Below, one piece after another: positions 18,881-31,065 of a DNA stretch of 64,000 nt. Below the pieces are notes generated by a model. That model ran no database searches. It saw only the letters and a list, made by a program, of their open reading frames with translations, and had not been told where the DNA came from. Source of the stretch: Phoronis australis (Eukaryota > Animalia > Phoronida); NCBI GenBank assembly GCA_002633005.1, contig NMRA01000135.1, positions 803,681-867,680 on the forward strand, in the 5' to 3' direction. Each line of letters starts with the position of its first letter. Within the stretch, counting starts at the first letter, position 1. The translations under genes and the position numbers were made by a program.

Positions 18881-21800
18881 CTATGACAAGAGCAGTTGCA
18901 GTAAAACGGAATTCTTGTCACGGACATTTGTTCGGACCAGTTCTGGTTTGGGTGATGCAAGCAGTTCGGGCTGCAGGTGAGTTGTGATCTCCACGCCGTC
19001 TATTGGACGAGTCATGTTGCGTGCCACTATCTGAGGAATGTCTTCCTGGACTTTGAGTTGAAGTTGCTGGGCCTGAAAAATATCAAACAAGTTTTCTATT
19101 GCATTTGAAAAATGAATTAGCTAAACTTAAGCCAGTCAGTCGTACTGTCACGATTTATAGCTATCGATGCTCTAAAGTAAACCATGGGCGGATTTCGGGC
19201 ACTGGCGGGGCTCCGGCAGCCATCGGGCGCAGCAATTCGTGATGATCGATGAACCGTAACGATGAACGCGTGCAACGGTATCACCACACCTAGTCCACCG
19301 TAGTGTAGTGAAGTTGTACCGATCACTCGTGACGTCAACCTCTCCTCGACCACTTAGGTACAGTCCGTAGATCCGTAGCCGGCACCGCCGTCATGATGAG
19401 TCCAATAGGATGTTCCAAGTCTTCCCCAGAGCAGCCATGGTCGAAACCACTACGGTTTACAGGGACGGATCCAGAATTTTGAGTTAGAGGCAGGCCATCA
19501 GCCAGGATTTTGGCAGTCAGACATTCGCACCTCAGAACTGCCAAATGGAATCTGGAAGAATTAATTTTAGGGGGACATGGCCCCCTTGCCCTCCCCCTTA
19601 AATCCATCGCTGGTTTAGAGCCGTGACGTGAATCGCGGGACGATCCCGTACTGGCTTGGCACCCTCGGACACCGGGACAGTGATTTTCGGGCAGAAATTA
19701 GGCACTGCCGAGGCTTTTTCTAGGTAGATCCGTCAGTCGTTTGGATAGACATTTTTAAAACTATATCATTAGTATTCGGGCAATCTGAACGAGAGATTGT
19801 ATATAAACCGGATCTAACATTTACCTCAGCTGTGTTCAGGGAACCGACTTTCATGGCTGTGGCCAAGACAGAGCGGATGATACCTAGCATGAACATCTCC
19901 AGTGTGTTGGTCAGACTGATACTGAGACAGGAACAGATGTAGCCAAATATTGGCGCGTGGTGACCGCGGATGGCTTTACAGGTAATGAGGTTTTGGAGCT
20001 GTTGGAAGCGATCTGAGCGAAATGTTCGTCGTGCGCAGTAAATGAGTGATGTGCCCTGTAAGATGGAGAATAATAACACGTTATTTTGGTCCTGAGAATT
20101 GAATAAACGAGATGCAATTGCTGCGGTTGGATAGAAAGCGCTGAACCGTCAGCGACAGTACTATTGACCGGGATACTTGCCAATTCATGCAAGATAGGGG
20201 CTTCTTTGTACATTTTATTATGGAAACGCTAAGAAATCATCCACGACATCAGATGTTTATATGTCAACATTATGTTTTTGTGTCATTCTCTCGCCATTTT
20301 CTTGGTGACGATTTCGTGATTGATTCGCCAAACGCCAACGATTATAGATTTTTACGGGTGGTGATGTATACAAATTATGACCAAAGACTAATAGTACTCA
20401 GCATCGCAACGAATAATACAAAAGTGTAACCAAGGTTTCGAAGGTCGGAGAAAAAGTAGCGTAATTACAGTGCCTAAGATCAGGAGCTGGGATCTAAACT
20501 TTGATTGTTGCTTAACGTCATGAGCATTGTTCATCAATAACAACGTGACGCGTGATCATGCGACGTCATTGTTGCTATACGGCGTATAACTTTTATGCAA
20601 CTGGGCCCAGGATTACACGGCAGTTAACCACCACAGCCATTATGTGCTCGACCATAGAATAATAGACATTCATCTTGAGTTTGCAAAGTAGAACAGAAAA
20701 TGCCAAAACTATTTTCGAGTTCGATCTCGGGTAAAGAGACTCCAATTCCAGAACTGAATAACGTGCCGAAATCTGTCCACGTCAGAAAATCATTAAAAAA
20801 AATATCTTCGTTAGGACCCCCAGAACATTCCTTTAGTCATACCGTCAACACCGAGAGGAGTCTACAATCAAATGCATATTTTTCTTTTTTGAAGTCTGTT
20901 CAATTAAAATTAACCTCTTACCTGTTTTATACTGGCCTTGCACGCCTTTGTATTATTAGCTAAGTGTATCTCTTGAGCCTCGTCCAACTTAAGAAGATCC
21001 ACAGGTGTCGCGGAGTGTCCTTCTCGTACGAAAGGAAGGTTGTATGAACCTAAAATAGCAATTATCGTAATGTCCAATGCCGTCTTCCAAATAAAGCGCT
21101 CTTTGGAAGGCTAAAAAAATCTATGTGTTCAAAGTGAGACGAAAACATCTCTTGAAGACATGGGATTAGTGGGGGACCCAGCGTGCTTGATTTTACTTTT
21201 TGTAAAAGTACACACCTTGCATGTTTATCTTGGAAATGCGTTTTTATTGTTCCCTTGACGTATGCTTGGTATCAGGGGAACAATAGAAAGTGACGTCAAC
21301 GGTTCAGAAAAAGTGAGTAGCTTGGGTCTGTTATCACATTTATTGAGGAAACATAATCATTCTACTCGCTAATGCATACAGTCTGTGCAGATCACTCGTG
21401 TTTTCCCAATGGAAATCGAGTGAAGGTGACTGCATGTAAGATGGATGCCTTTTACGTGACCGTCTATGTTACTCTTTGCTGCTGTCGATAGCAGGGGCGG
21501 ATGCAGGATTTTGAGTTAGGGGGGGCCATGACATGGAAATAACCAGAATTTCGGCAGATGCGCGCCCAGTCAAAAATGTGGGGACGGGTTGCGGACCTGT
21601 TGACTAAAAAAACCGTAAACGGGGTTTGTTCAGTTTGTTCAGGGCCCATGCATTGTTTATTCACCCCCAACGAGCCCGTGCTTGCGCGCACCCGAACTCA
21701 CAAATGGTGTCTGGTAGAATTTTACGAGGGGCATGGCCCCCTTGCCCCCCTCCTAAATCCGCCACTGACCGGGGCAGAGTATTAGCCAGGATTTTGCCCG

Positions 21801-22347
21801 TCAGACGTTCGCACCCCCGTACTGCCAAATGGAATCTGGGAGAATTTTAGGGGGGTCATGGCCCCCTTGGCCCCCCTCTAAATCCGCTACTGGATAGTAC
21901 ATACACGACATGAGAATATTAAGTAACACCGTCTCTACGAGATGACTAGTTTTATTAATGACATCAAAAACCGTTGCTTTCAATTTTAATTGAGACACTG
22001 AAACGATGTAAATACAGCAAGCGCGATCGTGGAGTACAATCAAGGGACAAGTTTTATTAAAGGTCGTACTCAAAAGTTCTCACGCCTGTAATTAAAGAAT
22101 CTTTTTCAAAAGTATTTCTAGAGAATTGCTGGATTTAGATTTTACTGTACAGTTCACGCCAGCCGTCCATTTGCCTTCGGCAATCACCTTATGGACTCAA
22201 AATGAAAAAAATATAAGCAGTAGGTAATATATGACTTAAATACAATGTTCATGTCTACATAGGCGAATTCCGTTAATTGAGATACCGTACAAATGTTAAG
22301 GTAGCGACTCTGCCGGACTAACTCATACCTGCGGACAGGTGCGCCAT
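18881..22347 (-). CDS. Urease accessory protein UreF-like (divergent), about 220 aa, 5 predicted exons
   Basis: Firm exons: 21049-20922 (SYNLPFVREGH..LLKLDEAQ..NNTKACKASIKQ), 20055-19825 (GTSLI..GHHAPIFGYICSCL..EMFMLGIIRSVLATAMKVGSLNTAE) and 19072-18881 (AQQLQLKVQEDIPQIV). These follow the eukaryotic UreF pattern LPFV..LD..N.VA.RAS..QG..L..HHAP.FG..C..L..MF...R..AVRLG..GP.EAQ.LQ. Upstream exons 21997-21905 and 22347-22329 (MAHLSA) are phase-compatible but less certain. Confidence 0.7.
19460..19612 (+). mobile_element. MITE family B, short copy, in a UreF-like intron
   Basis: CAGGGACGGATCCAGAATTTTGAGTTAG..TAAATCCATCGCTG. TSD GTTTA at 19455-19459 and 19613-19617. Confidence 0.75.
21492..21892 (+). 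mobile_element. MITE family B, composite copy with two right ends
   Basis: Starts CAGGGGCGGATGCAGG. Right-end motif occurs at 21767 (AAATCCGCCACTG) and again at 21892 (AAATCCGCTACTG). TSD GATAG at 21487-21491 and 21893-21897 brackets the whole unit. Confidence 0.8.
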
Positions 22348-24759
22348 GTCGCCTGACTAAATCAACGCGGAGGTGAATATAGTCAGGTGACCTTTATTGG
22401 CTGAAATTTTTGAAATTGCATGAAATAAGATATATATGTTAATACATGTTAGTGATGACTTTCAAGAGAAAGAAACCGCGAATGTCATTCGCGATAAAAA
22501 CTAAAAGTACACGGCTGGTCTATTGTTTGAGACAGTCTCGGAGTTTATGTGCTACTGAGTTAAAAACAAAAAATGCAAATGCCTAAATAAAAATACTTCC
22601 TCCTCTTGTTTCTTTTACAAGTATAGCCGTATGTTCGAATTCCGACAAACTAAAAACTGCTATCTTCAGAAGTCATGATCATCTTAGAAAATCTGACAAA
22701 TTAGTTAGACAGAATAGAAAACATTGGTGCGGACATGACTTTATTCCTTTGTTCACCCAATCCCAAGTTCAACTAAGGGTCCTTGCTCCGGACAGCTGAC
22801 CACAGCCTCAAGTATACAAATGACTGAATCCCGATATCAACCAACAACAGCGGCATTGTACCAAAAAGTAAACATGTTAGACCTCGCTGACCTCTGACCT
22901 ACTCCCGCGTAACTTCGGAGTTGTTTATCTCTTGTCTTACAGTGCGCGCCTGTGGTCTTACCTGCGTTTTCTAAAGAACATTTCAGCAACTCTTCATACT
23001 TTTCTGAAAATAACAAAGCACACGGGTCAAGCGTTTTTGAGGCTAGTTATCAACTGTAAATTAAATTGGTTTGCGGTGCTTTGTCGTAATGCGTCACGAT
23101 TAATATTGAAATGCTATCTAGAATTTGTAGAGTTCATTACTTCGGTTTTGATAAAGGGCTAGACGACTAAGTATTTTCTTTGAATGCTCTTTTTTACGAA
23201 GAATTCCCCACTAATTCGTCTAATTTTGTACAGTACATAAGGAAATGTGTTTGATTTCGACATCGCAGTAAAATTAAATATCATGAATTTGAAAAGTGTT
23301 TACCTTTGTTATGAATGTGGCCTTGACGAAGAAAACCTTCTAACTCTGTAGGGGGCTTTAAGTAGTCTGAATTGGGAAAAGCTAGAAATAAAAAGTCAGA
23401 AATGAAAAATACAACGGGTAAATTAAGTTGTAAACTTATTTAAGTCAATTACCATTATTCAATAATGCTGCAATGAGTTCTTCGTGCCCGCCATGGAAAA
23501 CAACTGTCTCGTTGTACGTGATATTATACGAGATCTTTCCGACAAGCTTGTGCAGTTAGCCAAATACTAAGGTGTAAAACTTAACAGAAGATAAATTTTA
23601 AGAAATTAAAATTTGGGTAACATAACTATATTTTTATTAAACTCTAACAACAAAAATGAACCCATAACTAAGCAAAGGTATTGATATAAACATTCAAGAT
23701 AAAATCTCCAAAGCTCTGTCACCGTTTGCTAAATTATACCTTTGTTTTCGTATTACACGGCAATGCGGATAGTTTTGATATTTGACAGCCCCAAAGCGGA
23801 ACCCTTTAAAAACAATTAACAAAGTCTTCAGAACAGTACATGGTACACTATCTTCAGGGTTAAATTCAACTCCCCATCTCTGAAATACCATATTCCGACG
23901 TTAGTCAAATTCGAACATTTTTTCTAGGATTTCACATGTTAAGTTACTCGTATAAAGAAATTTTTATTTTATTAAATTACTCGTAGAAATTTTCAACAGG
24001 TTAAGTGACACGCACAGAGTAATGGAGGTTAACTTCTACTGACTTGAAAATTTAACCAAGTGAAATTACAGAACTTTTGTCATTCTGTTGATTTTTCCTT
24101 CATTTTCTCTGGTTTCAGTTGTATTTTCAAATTTTCAATTACACTGAGCCTTATTGAAGCCGACTGCTGTTCATTTAATGCGATGTAATAGGTTTTTCAT
24201 TGCTTTCCTATATGGAGTTCATTAATGTCCGTATAAGTAGTATGACCGAGCTGTGAACTGGTGATACGAGTATTTTTTATCGGAACAAAAACTGAGGTCG
24301 GGTTCATTGACCGAATGGCATGAAGGAGGCGTGGCCTCGCGAGGATTGAACGAGCGCCTGACAAACTGTTTTAGACAGACTATTATAATAGAGGCCGGAA
24401 TTAATTGTTAACACTAAGTGCTAAAGTTGGATCAAAATAGCATTTCGCAGTTGGTTAGCGTCAATGATGAATTCGTAACCGAAGCGCTTTGGTGTTTAAA
24501 AAACATTACCAAGCTCATCTTATCTTGAATTATTACCGTGGAATGAACAAGCAACTCAAGTCACAGGCAATCTCTTAATATGCGCCATTTTCGCGAAATG
24601 CAGTTCTAGGGTTGGCCAACCGCATTGTACTATGACAAATAGTTTCGTGTGCCGCGAATTTCTTGCCACGTATGCGTATAATAACCGATCAGAAATCTGT
24701 ACAGTTCGGTAGAGTTTTAAACGGGCTTTCATGAGATATTTTTCATTTTTCGATAGCCG

Positions 24760-25203
24760 TCATTATCGTCGTCGTCGTCCTCCCCATCGTCCTGTTTTCG
24801 CGTAATTTCGCCAACTGTCGCTCCTCCGAGCGCTCTCGCACTGTTGCCAGTTTACCGGGTGCGTGAACAAGACAGCAGGGTATTTCTTACTGATTTGTTC
24901 GCTAGTAACATGAATGTTATAGTGTTGTTCATAATCTCCGCCTTCATCGTTATGATTGTCGTCGTCGTCCTCCCCATCGTCCTGTTTTCACGTAATTTCG
25001 CCAAGTGTCGCTCCTCCAAGCGCTCTCGCACTGTTGCCAGTTTACCGGGTGCTGAACAAGACTGCAGGCTATTTCTTACTGATTTGTTCGCTAGTCACAT
25101 GAATGTTGTCGTGTTGTTCATAATCTCCGTCTTCATTGTCATGATTGTCGTCGTCGTCCTCCCCATCGTCCTGTTTTCGCGTATTTTCGCCAAGTGTCGC
25201 TCT
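24760..25203. repeat. Tandem repeat, unit about 190 bp, about 2.3 copies
   Basis: GTCGTCGTCCTCCCCATCGTCCTGTTTTC recurs with TCCCC at 24781, 24971 and 25160 (periods 190 and 189). Confidence 0.9.
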
Positions 25204-28200
25204 CGTTTTTTGAGTCGCAAATTAGAGTCCAATGTTCTTGTTGGAAACCGAACAGTATACAGTAGAATTCTGTCATGACCTAATGACTATTGTGAGATAG
25301 ATTTTATTCGAGTGAAAAACCTAATTAGATTGTCGTTTTTAAGCCAGCTAGACAGGGCAAAATGCAGCTTTAATTATAGTTTACAGACCATGTCAAATAC
25401 TTTGTGGTCTTATGGATATACAGCACCAAATTGCCTTCATTAATTTTCTATATTCAGCTGTCACAGTGATACGACACCCCATCATACTTCAACTGCCGGA
25501 ACTCGACCAGTTATGGCTTTATTTTCCGCCGGTACGATCAAATTTCACACACTTTTTAATTTTCGTCTGAGCTCCATGTACTGCTTGAAATTGAAAGGTG
25601 TCCGTCGCATAATACCTAAGGTGAGACAGGTGTCGTTTTGTCGATATACGGTATTATTTTAATTTGAATGTAATTTGCTTAGTCTCATGTCTTCTCCGTA
25701 GCGGAGTCTTAATACAATTCTTCTATCTCGATGATAATAAGATCTCTTACAGTATCAAAGTCGAGGTCTTCGCTTCTGTTGAAATCTTATAAATACCATT
25801 TTTCCAACCCTATCGGCAATAGCGTCCTTCAGGATCGATAATGTGCTCTGTGTTTCAACCTCTGTAAAGATCTTGAGTCGATTGCAGCGGTTATAATAAT
25901 TTTACTGCAAAAACGGGACTATACTAAAGAGAACATTTTTTTACTCAATTTCGGTGCTCGCGTGAATTAACTTGCTAGAAGCTCGTGATGTTGTCAAAAT
26001 CTACTTTCGGTGAGGTACATATTTGATGTAACAAAATTTGAATCAATTAGAATCCTCGTACACGTTTTGTGACGTAGACTAGGATACTTCACTGTAACCT
26101 GTTTATAACGTAGTTCTGTTTAGTGCACAATGCTTTCTCAAAATTTTCTTGAATAACTTAGTGTCATAAAATATAACAGGGCACTGGTTGTCAAGGCTCT
26201 TAGTCGAAAGTAATCAATTTTTTTAACATTATGAGCCTGAAAATCTTTTAAAATTTACATGACATTGCATTGTAAAAGTTTCCACGAGCTTACTCCCAAG
26301 ATAAATTAATAACAAACTAAAGTAGTACCAGTGTTCCTAATGTGTTAGAATTTACCTACGCTCCAAAACATCAACTTTCCCCGAGTTCGTGAATAGAAAT
26401 ACATTCCACTGACCCATGAGCATGAAGACGGAAATGCTCCTTGAAATTCGCGATTAAAAATTACTCGGAAATGAGTGGACAGAAGAATTATGTAATTAAT
26501 TTGTTACATCGATTCCGCAAATAAAATAAATTTGCCACTGATATTGATAAGTTAAAAATCCACCTACCATTGTCACTGAGATCAAAGATCGTGAACATTT
26601 TATCTTCCAATTTCGACTCACTAATTCTCGGTTGTTTGCTGTAAAATGAAAGCATAATCAAGTCCGTCGCTTCTGCAGTGGTCGCTTATATACACACGCA
26701 TTTACGTGCTTGATTTACGCGCTTTCTCGGCTCCCTGTTTATGGCAGGGGTGAACGATGGGTGATTGCCTTCAAGGTCTCGGTTACAGCTGGTCAACGGT
26801 TGACCCTTCTTGACCAAATGACCCACTGGGTCAGTTTATAGTTCCTTTGATTATCACTAGGTGGTGTCAGGGACGAAACAGTTCTTTGTTTGTTTATTAA
26901 TCACTCACCAGGTGGTCACGTCCGTCTAGTCGTAGAACTGGGTCACCTGGAACTGCCGTAATTCCGTCAAAGAAAGGTTAAAGCAGCCTCATTGTGGGCC
27001 ACAGTACATTATAATATGTTACAATTAAGCAATAGAAATACTTGTATATGATGGTAGTTACTATCTCATAATTATCATTACATTTGACATAAGATCGGAA
27101 GACTGAAACATGAATCAAGAGTAAGTACTTCAATAAATAAATGAAATAATTAGCCTAAATCTAACACCTTCGTAAAAACAAAATTGTCAAAAGCAAAAAT
27201 GATCGCTTGACATTAGTTGATTTGGATGTCCGGCGATATTTCAAGATGCTAGGATAATCCCGAAATGTCAAGATTTTTCGTATGGCTACAGATGCAGACA
27301 CTTACAAACTTGGATAAACCTGCCACAATTATTAAACAGTTAAATTCAAGTTTTGTTACATTTGATTACCGTTTTTTGATTTACTTTTCTCGGAGTTTAA
27401 TGGGGCATTCTTGCGCCTAGTGGCTAATTGTTTATTGATTGAGAGAAGGAAGTTCGCGCGATTTCGAAAGAACGTGAATGGAGCATCACCTGTCGAGATG
27501 TTGTCGAAATTTAGCCAGAATTTAAAAGGATTCTAGTCGAAAAGGAGTAGACATGTAGTCTCAGTTTTGTTCACCGAAACTTCGTCTAATTTCGTCGATG
27601 TCCAGCTTATTTTGAAAGCTACTATTACTTCTTAGTGTACTTAATTTATTGAATTTGAGCCAACGAACGAAGTTTGTAAATGTATGGTATCATTGGGTAA
27701 ATTCTTGATAAGTAGCGTACATCTACTGTAAAAAGGCAATAGTCGTATATAACGCGACCGTATTTTGAGAACCAGTTTGATGCCCGTTATTCAGTAAAGA
27801 AAATTAGTTCTCAAAATTCGACCATTACCCTGTAAAACAATACTCAAAATGTCGGAGTTGGAAAAACGAAGACTCACAAATAATGGCCGATTTACGAACT
27901 TATGCACCTCAAGATTGTGAGATTTTGACAGCAGAAAACAATTTATTGTTGCGGAATTTTTTCGGACATTTTGAGACAAATTCAAGTGCCAGAGCAAACT
28001 TCCTAATTTCTATTTTTAGATAGTAAAACGGTCTTTCCGAAACATTACCGGTGAACTATTTTAAACCATCTCTTTTGTTACTCACTGGGTAGGAAAAAAC
28101 AAAAAATATACAATGCTAGGAAATTCCCCAGGTACTGATTACGGAATTAAGTATTTTGTAATTTTATCAATTTCTTGGAGCCAGGAGCAGGAAACGGAAG

Positions 28201-31065
28201 GTACAAGGCAGGTACTTTTAAGTTTAGATTAGTTGTTGAACAAACTGTCTTATTTCAATAGAATGGTTTTGCAGTGTTTGACATTTATTATTCGTCAAAT
28301 TGAATCATCACAAAGTTTCGATCTAATGCATTTGCATTTAACCTTTAATTTCTCGGTGGAATAAATAAATTACCTCGGTGGTAAAAAAGCTTCTTTTGCC
28401 TTATTTTGTGAATGAGGAACACTGATGGCGGGTCGGGATTTAGAATTGTCTCGAGAGGACAGTGCCCACTGTAATTTTCAGAGGATATGAGAATTGCTTT
28501 GCCGTCATCGTTTTTTATTGTTTTTTTTTCGCTCGGAATGGAACCCATTGGAAGTAAGTTCGTCTGCGCTGGTATATTTTTGACTTAGTGGAAAATTTCC
28601 ATTATTCACTGAACTCAACCATCTGTGGTTTTAACTAAATATTTTTTGACGTCAAGATCCATTTCTCAAACATGAATCAGTGAGAAAAGGTCTAATTTTG
28701 CTAGACCGCAGATTAGGGAACAGTTTCCTTACATACAAAAATATTCATAGAAATTCAAATATCTTTGCTGGTGATGCAGTACTTTACGACCTTGAAAATC
28801 GGAGCACACTCGTGTTACAGGTCAATTCTAAAGGTCGTCACCCCAGATGGCCGGCAGTTCTCGCTTTAAGTGTAAAATCTTTGAGCAGCTGTAGCACTTT
28901 CTGGCAATGAACGGCAAACAAAGAATCAGGCAATTTGATAGACATCCGTTTAGTGAACGGGGTTATGATTGATTGTGGTGGCGGTGGTGGTGGTTGTCAA
29001 ACAATTAGTTGTATTAAAAATGCTTCACATTGATAGAGCTCTATCCCGCATTCAAGTATTTGTGACTTTAAACAATGCGGTCATCGTTTATGGCAGCATA
29101 TACCCATGTAAATTTCATAGTTCAGCGACGGAACAGTCAGTTATTTAAAAATGAATGTCGAGGAGTATATGAAAATAGGTCTACTCATCAAAGAAGCGTA
29201 TTCCATGTTCTTTTCGTATTGTCGAAACTACTGTTACCTACGTTATCGATTTTATATATGTACAAAATTTGTGACTTACTTAAAAAGACTAAATACTAAA
29301 TAATACTACATCGATGGTAATTTGTACTTTTTCAGAGGGTTTTATATTGTTTTCTAAATAATCTCATTTAAAAAACTTTTAGTTCAGCGGTCATATTTGC
29401 TTTTGAACCTAGAGATAATAATAGACGTGCGATGTGATATTTGTACTGATAAGAATAATTGTTGTTTGATTATATCAGTCCTGGGTAGAGTTCAGTAACG
29501 TTAGGACGTCGCTAAAATCAAGACTTCGCGAGATTACTTGAGATATTGTCGTGTGTATTTCAAATGCGAATACCTCATCTTGGCTAGATTATTCTAGTCG
29601 CGAGACAGCTACTGAACTTTACCCTGTTATCGCTGTTGCCATGATGGAAACGACGAGAACAGGCCTAATATTATCAAATTGTGGAAAGACAAAAATAGCT
29701 GATTTTAACACAGGAATAAATACTGCTTTTATTGCACTTCAAATTGGCAGCACCAGTAATACATAGAAGTTCAACACATGAACGGGCACGACATTTACTA
29801 GCTGAAATGTCATTTGTCATGGAAACTTTCGCGATCACGAAACACAGCGATCAGAGGTTTTATTTGTCATGGCGTTTACATTAAATCGGAAGATGTCTGA
29901 GACCCATCGAAGATAGCCCCGCACTGGATCCGACTGTTGTGTCCTCTTACACAGTTGGTGTAATTCGACTTGGTTCAGTAAATTGTATACATAGACATTT
30001 GCAAAATACATCAATAAAACTGGCAAATAAATACGTAAATAAACAAATAAATAAAAATTAATAATCACAGTCACGTTGAGCAATAAAGAATTATGAAACT
30101 AAACCTCACTTAATTTTAAATACTAGTCTACCATGCATCCTGTATTTAAGACTTAGTCTACCAGCCATTTTGCATTTAAAAGAATACCTTTATTTCACAA
30201 GAAAGTGAAAGCATCATTTTGTTTGGATAAAACTCTATCCCGGCTCACTGGTTACAAAATAGATTCGACGGTTCGAGCCGTGCGGCCTCCCCCCACAGTT
30301 GTCCTGTAACTCGCTCGAAGCGTTAGTGACATTGGCAAATTTATTTTGTACAGAATTTTCGAATCTTTTAAGGAATGACGAGCGTGCATAAAGCATTATT
30401 TTGTTTCAAAGATTTGAGTGTTAACTCGTCGTTATATTTAGTAAAATGTCAAAATCCGGGTTCAGTATCCCTTTAAAAATTAATAATAAATAACATGTTT
30501 GACCTTGTGCTGTGGACCATTTTATATCTCCTTTTCATTTGGCAAGCTAATTATGACGAATTATGCAAAAGTTTCACTGATAATTAAGTTCTACATTCTC
30601 CTCAACTAGTCACGAATGAGAGGAACCGTAAATGGTCCATTTGCTCCTGAATGGAGCTACAGCAACGGAGCCTAAGGTGATACAGGTTTGAAAGAAAATA
30701 CTGGTTCCTGACTTAACTGCTAACATTCTTCACACGCGGTAGCACTTTTCTCGATCAAAGAGTAGGCTACATATATGACCGAGCAGAGAGTTCTAAAATA
30801 CAACACATCCTAAAAGGCTGTTTTTAAAACTAACATGTTTTATGTAAGATGGTTTGTTTCCCCTCGCCCTCGTTCACTCCCCTGAGACGGGAAGGTAGGT
30901 CAGAAAATATATTTTTCTACCTCCCTGTGTTGTGCAGCACTGATTTCCTTTATACAAATGAATTATTTTTTCATTTTTGGACTATAGATAAATTTTTTGA
31001 ATCGCACACATTTTTACGGTTCGGAGGGGAAATAAACTGAATCTTAATCTTAAGTCTAACCCTAA

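Noticed and set aside
19130-19720. GC-rich, CpG-rich block in a UreF-like intron
   Set aside because: Probably an old transposon remnant, but no matching TIR pair, TSD or protein motif could be established.
24760-25203. Regularly spaced repeats as a possible CRISPR array
   Set aside because: The spacing sequence is itself repeated (no unique spacers), the period is 190 bp, and the context is eukaryotic with no cas genes.
24844-25278. 144-aa ORF resembling a two-pass membrane protein
   Set aside because: It is the 190-bp tandem repeat read on the strand opposite the acidic frame. The hydrophobicity comes from GTC repeats.
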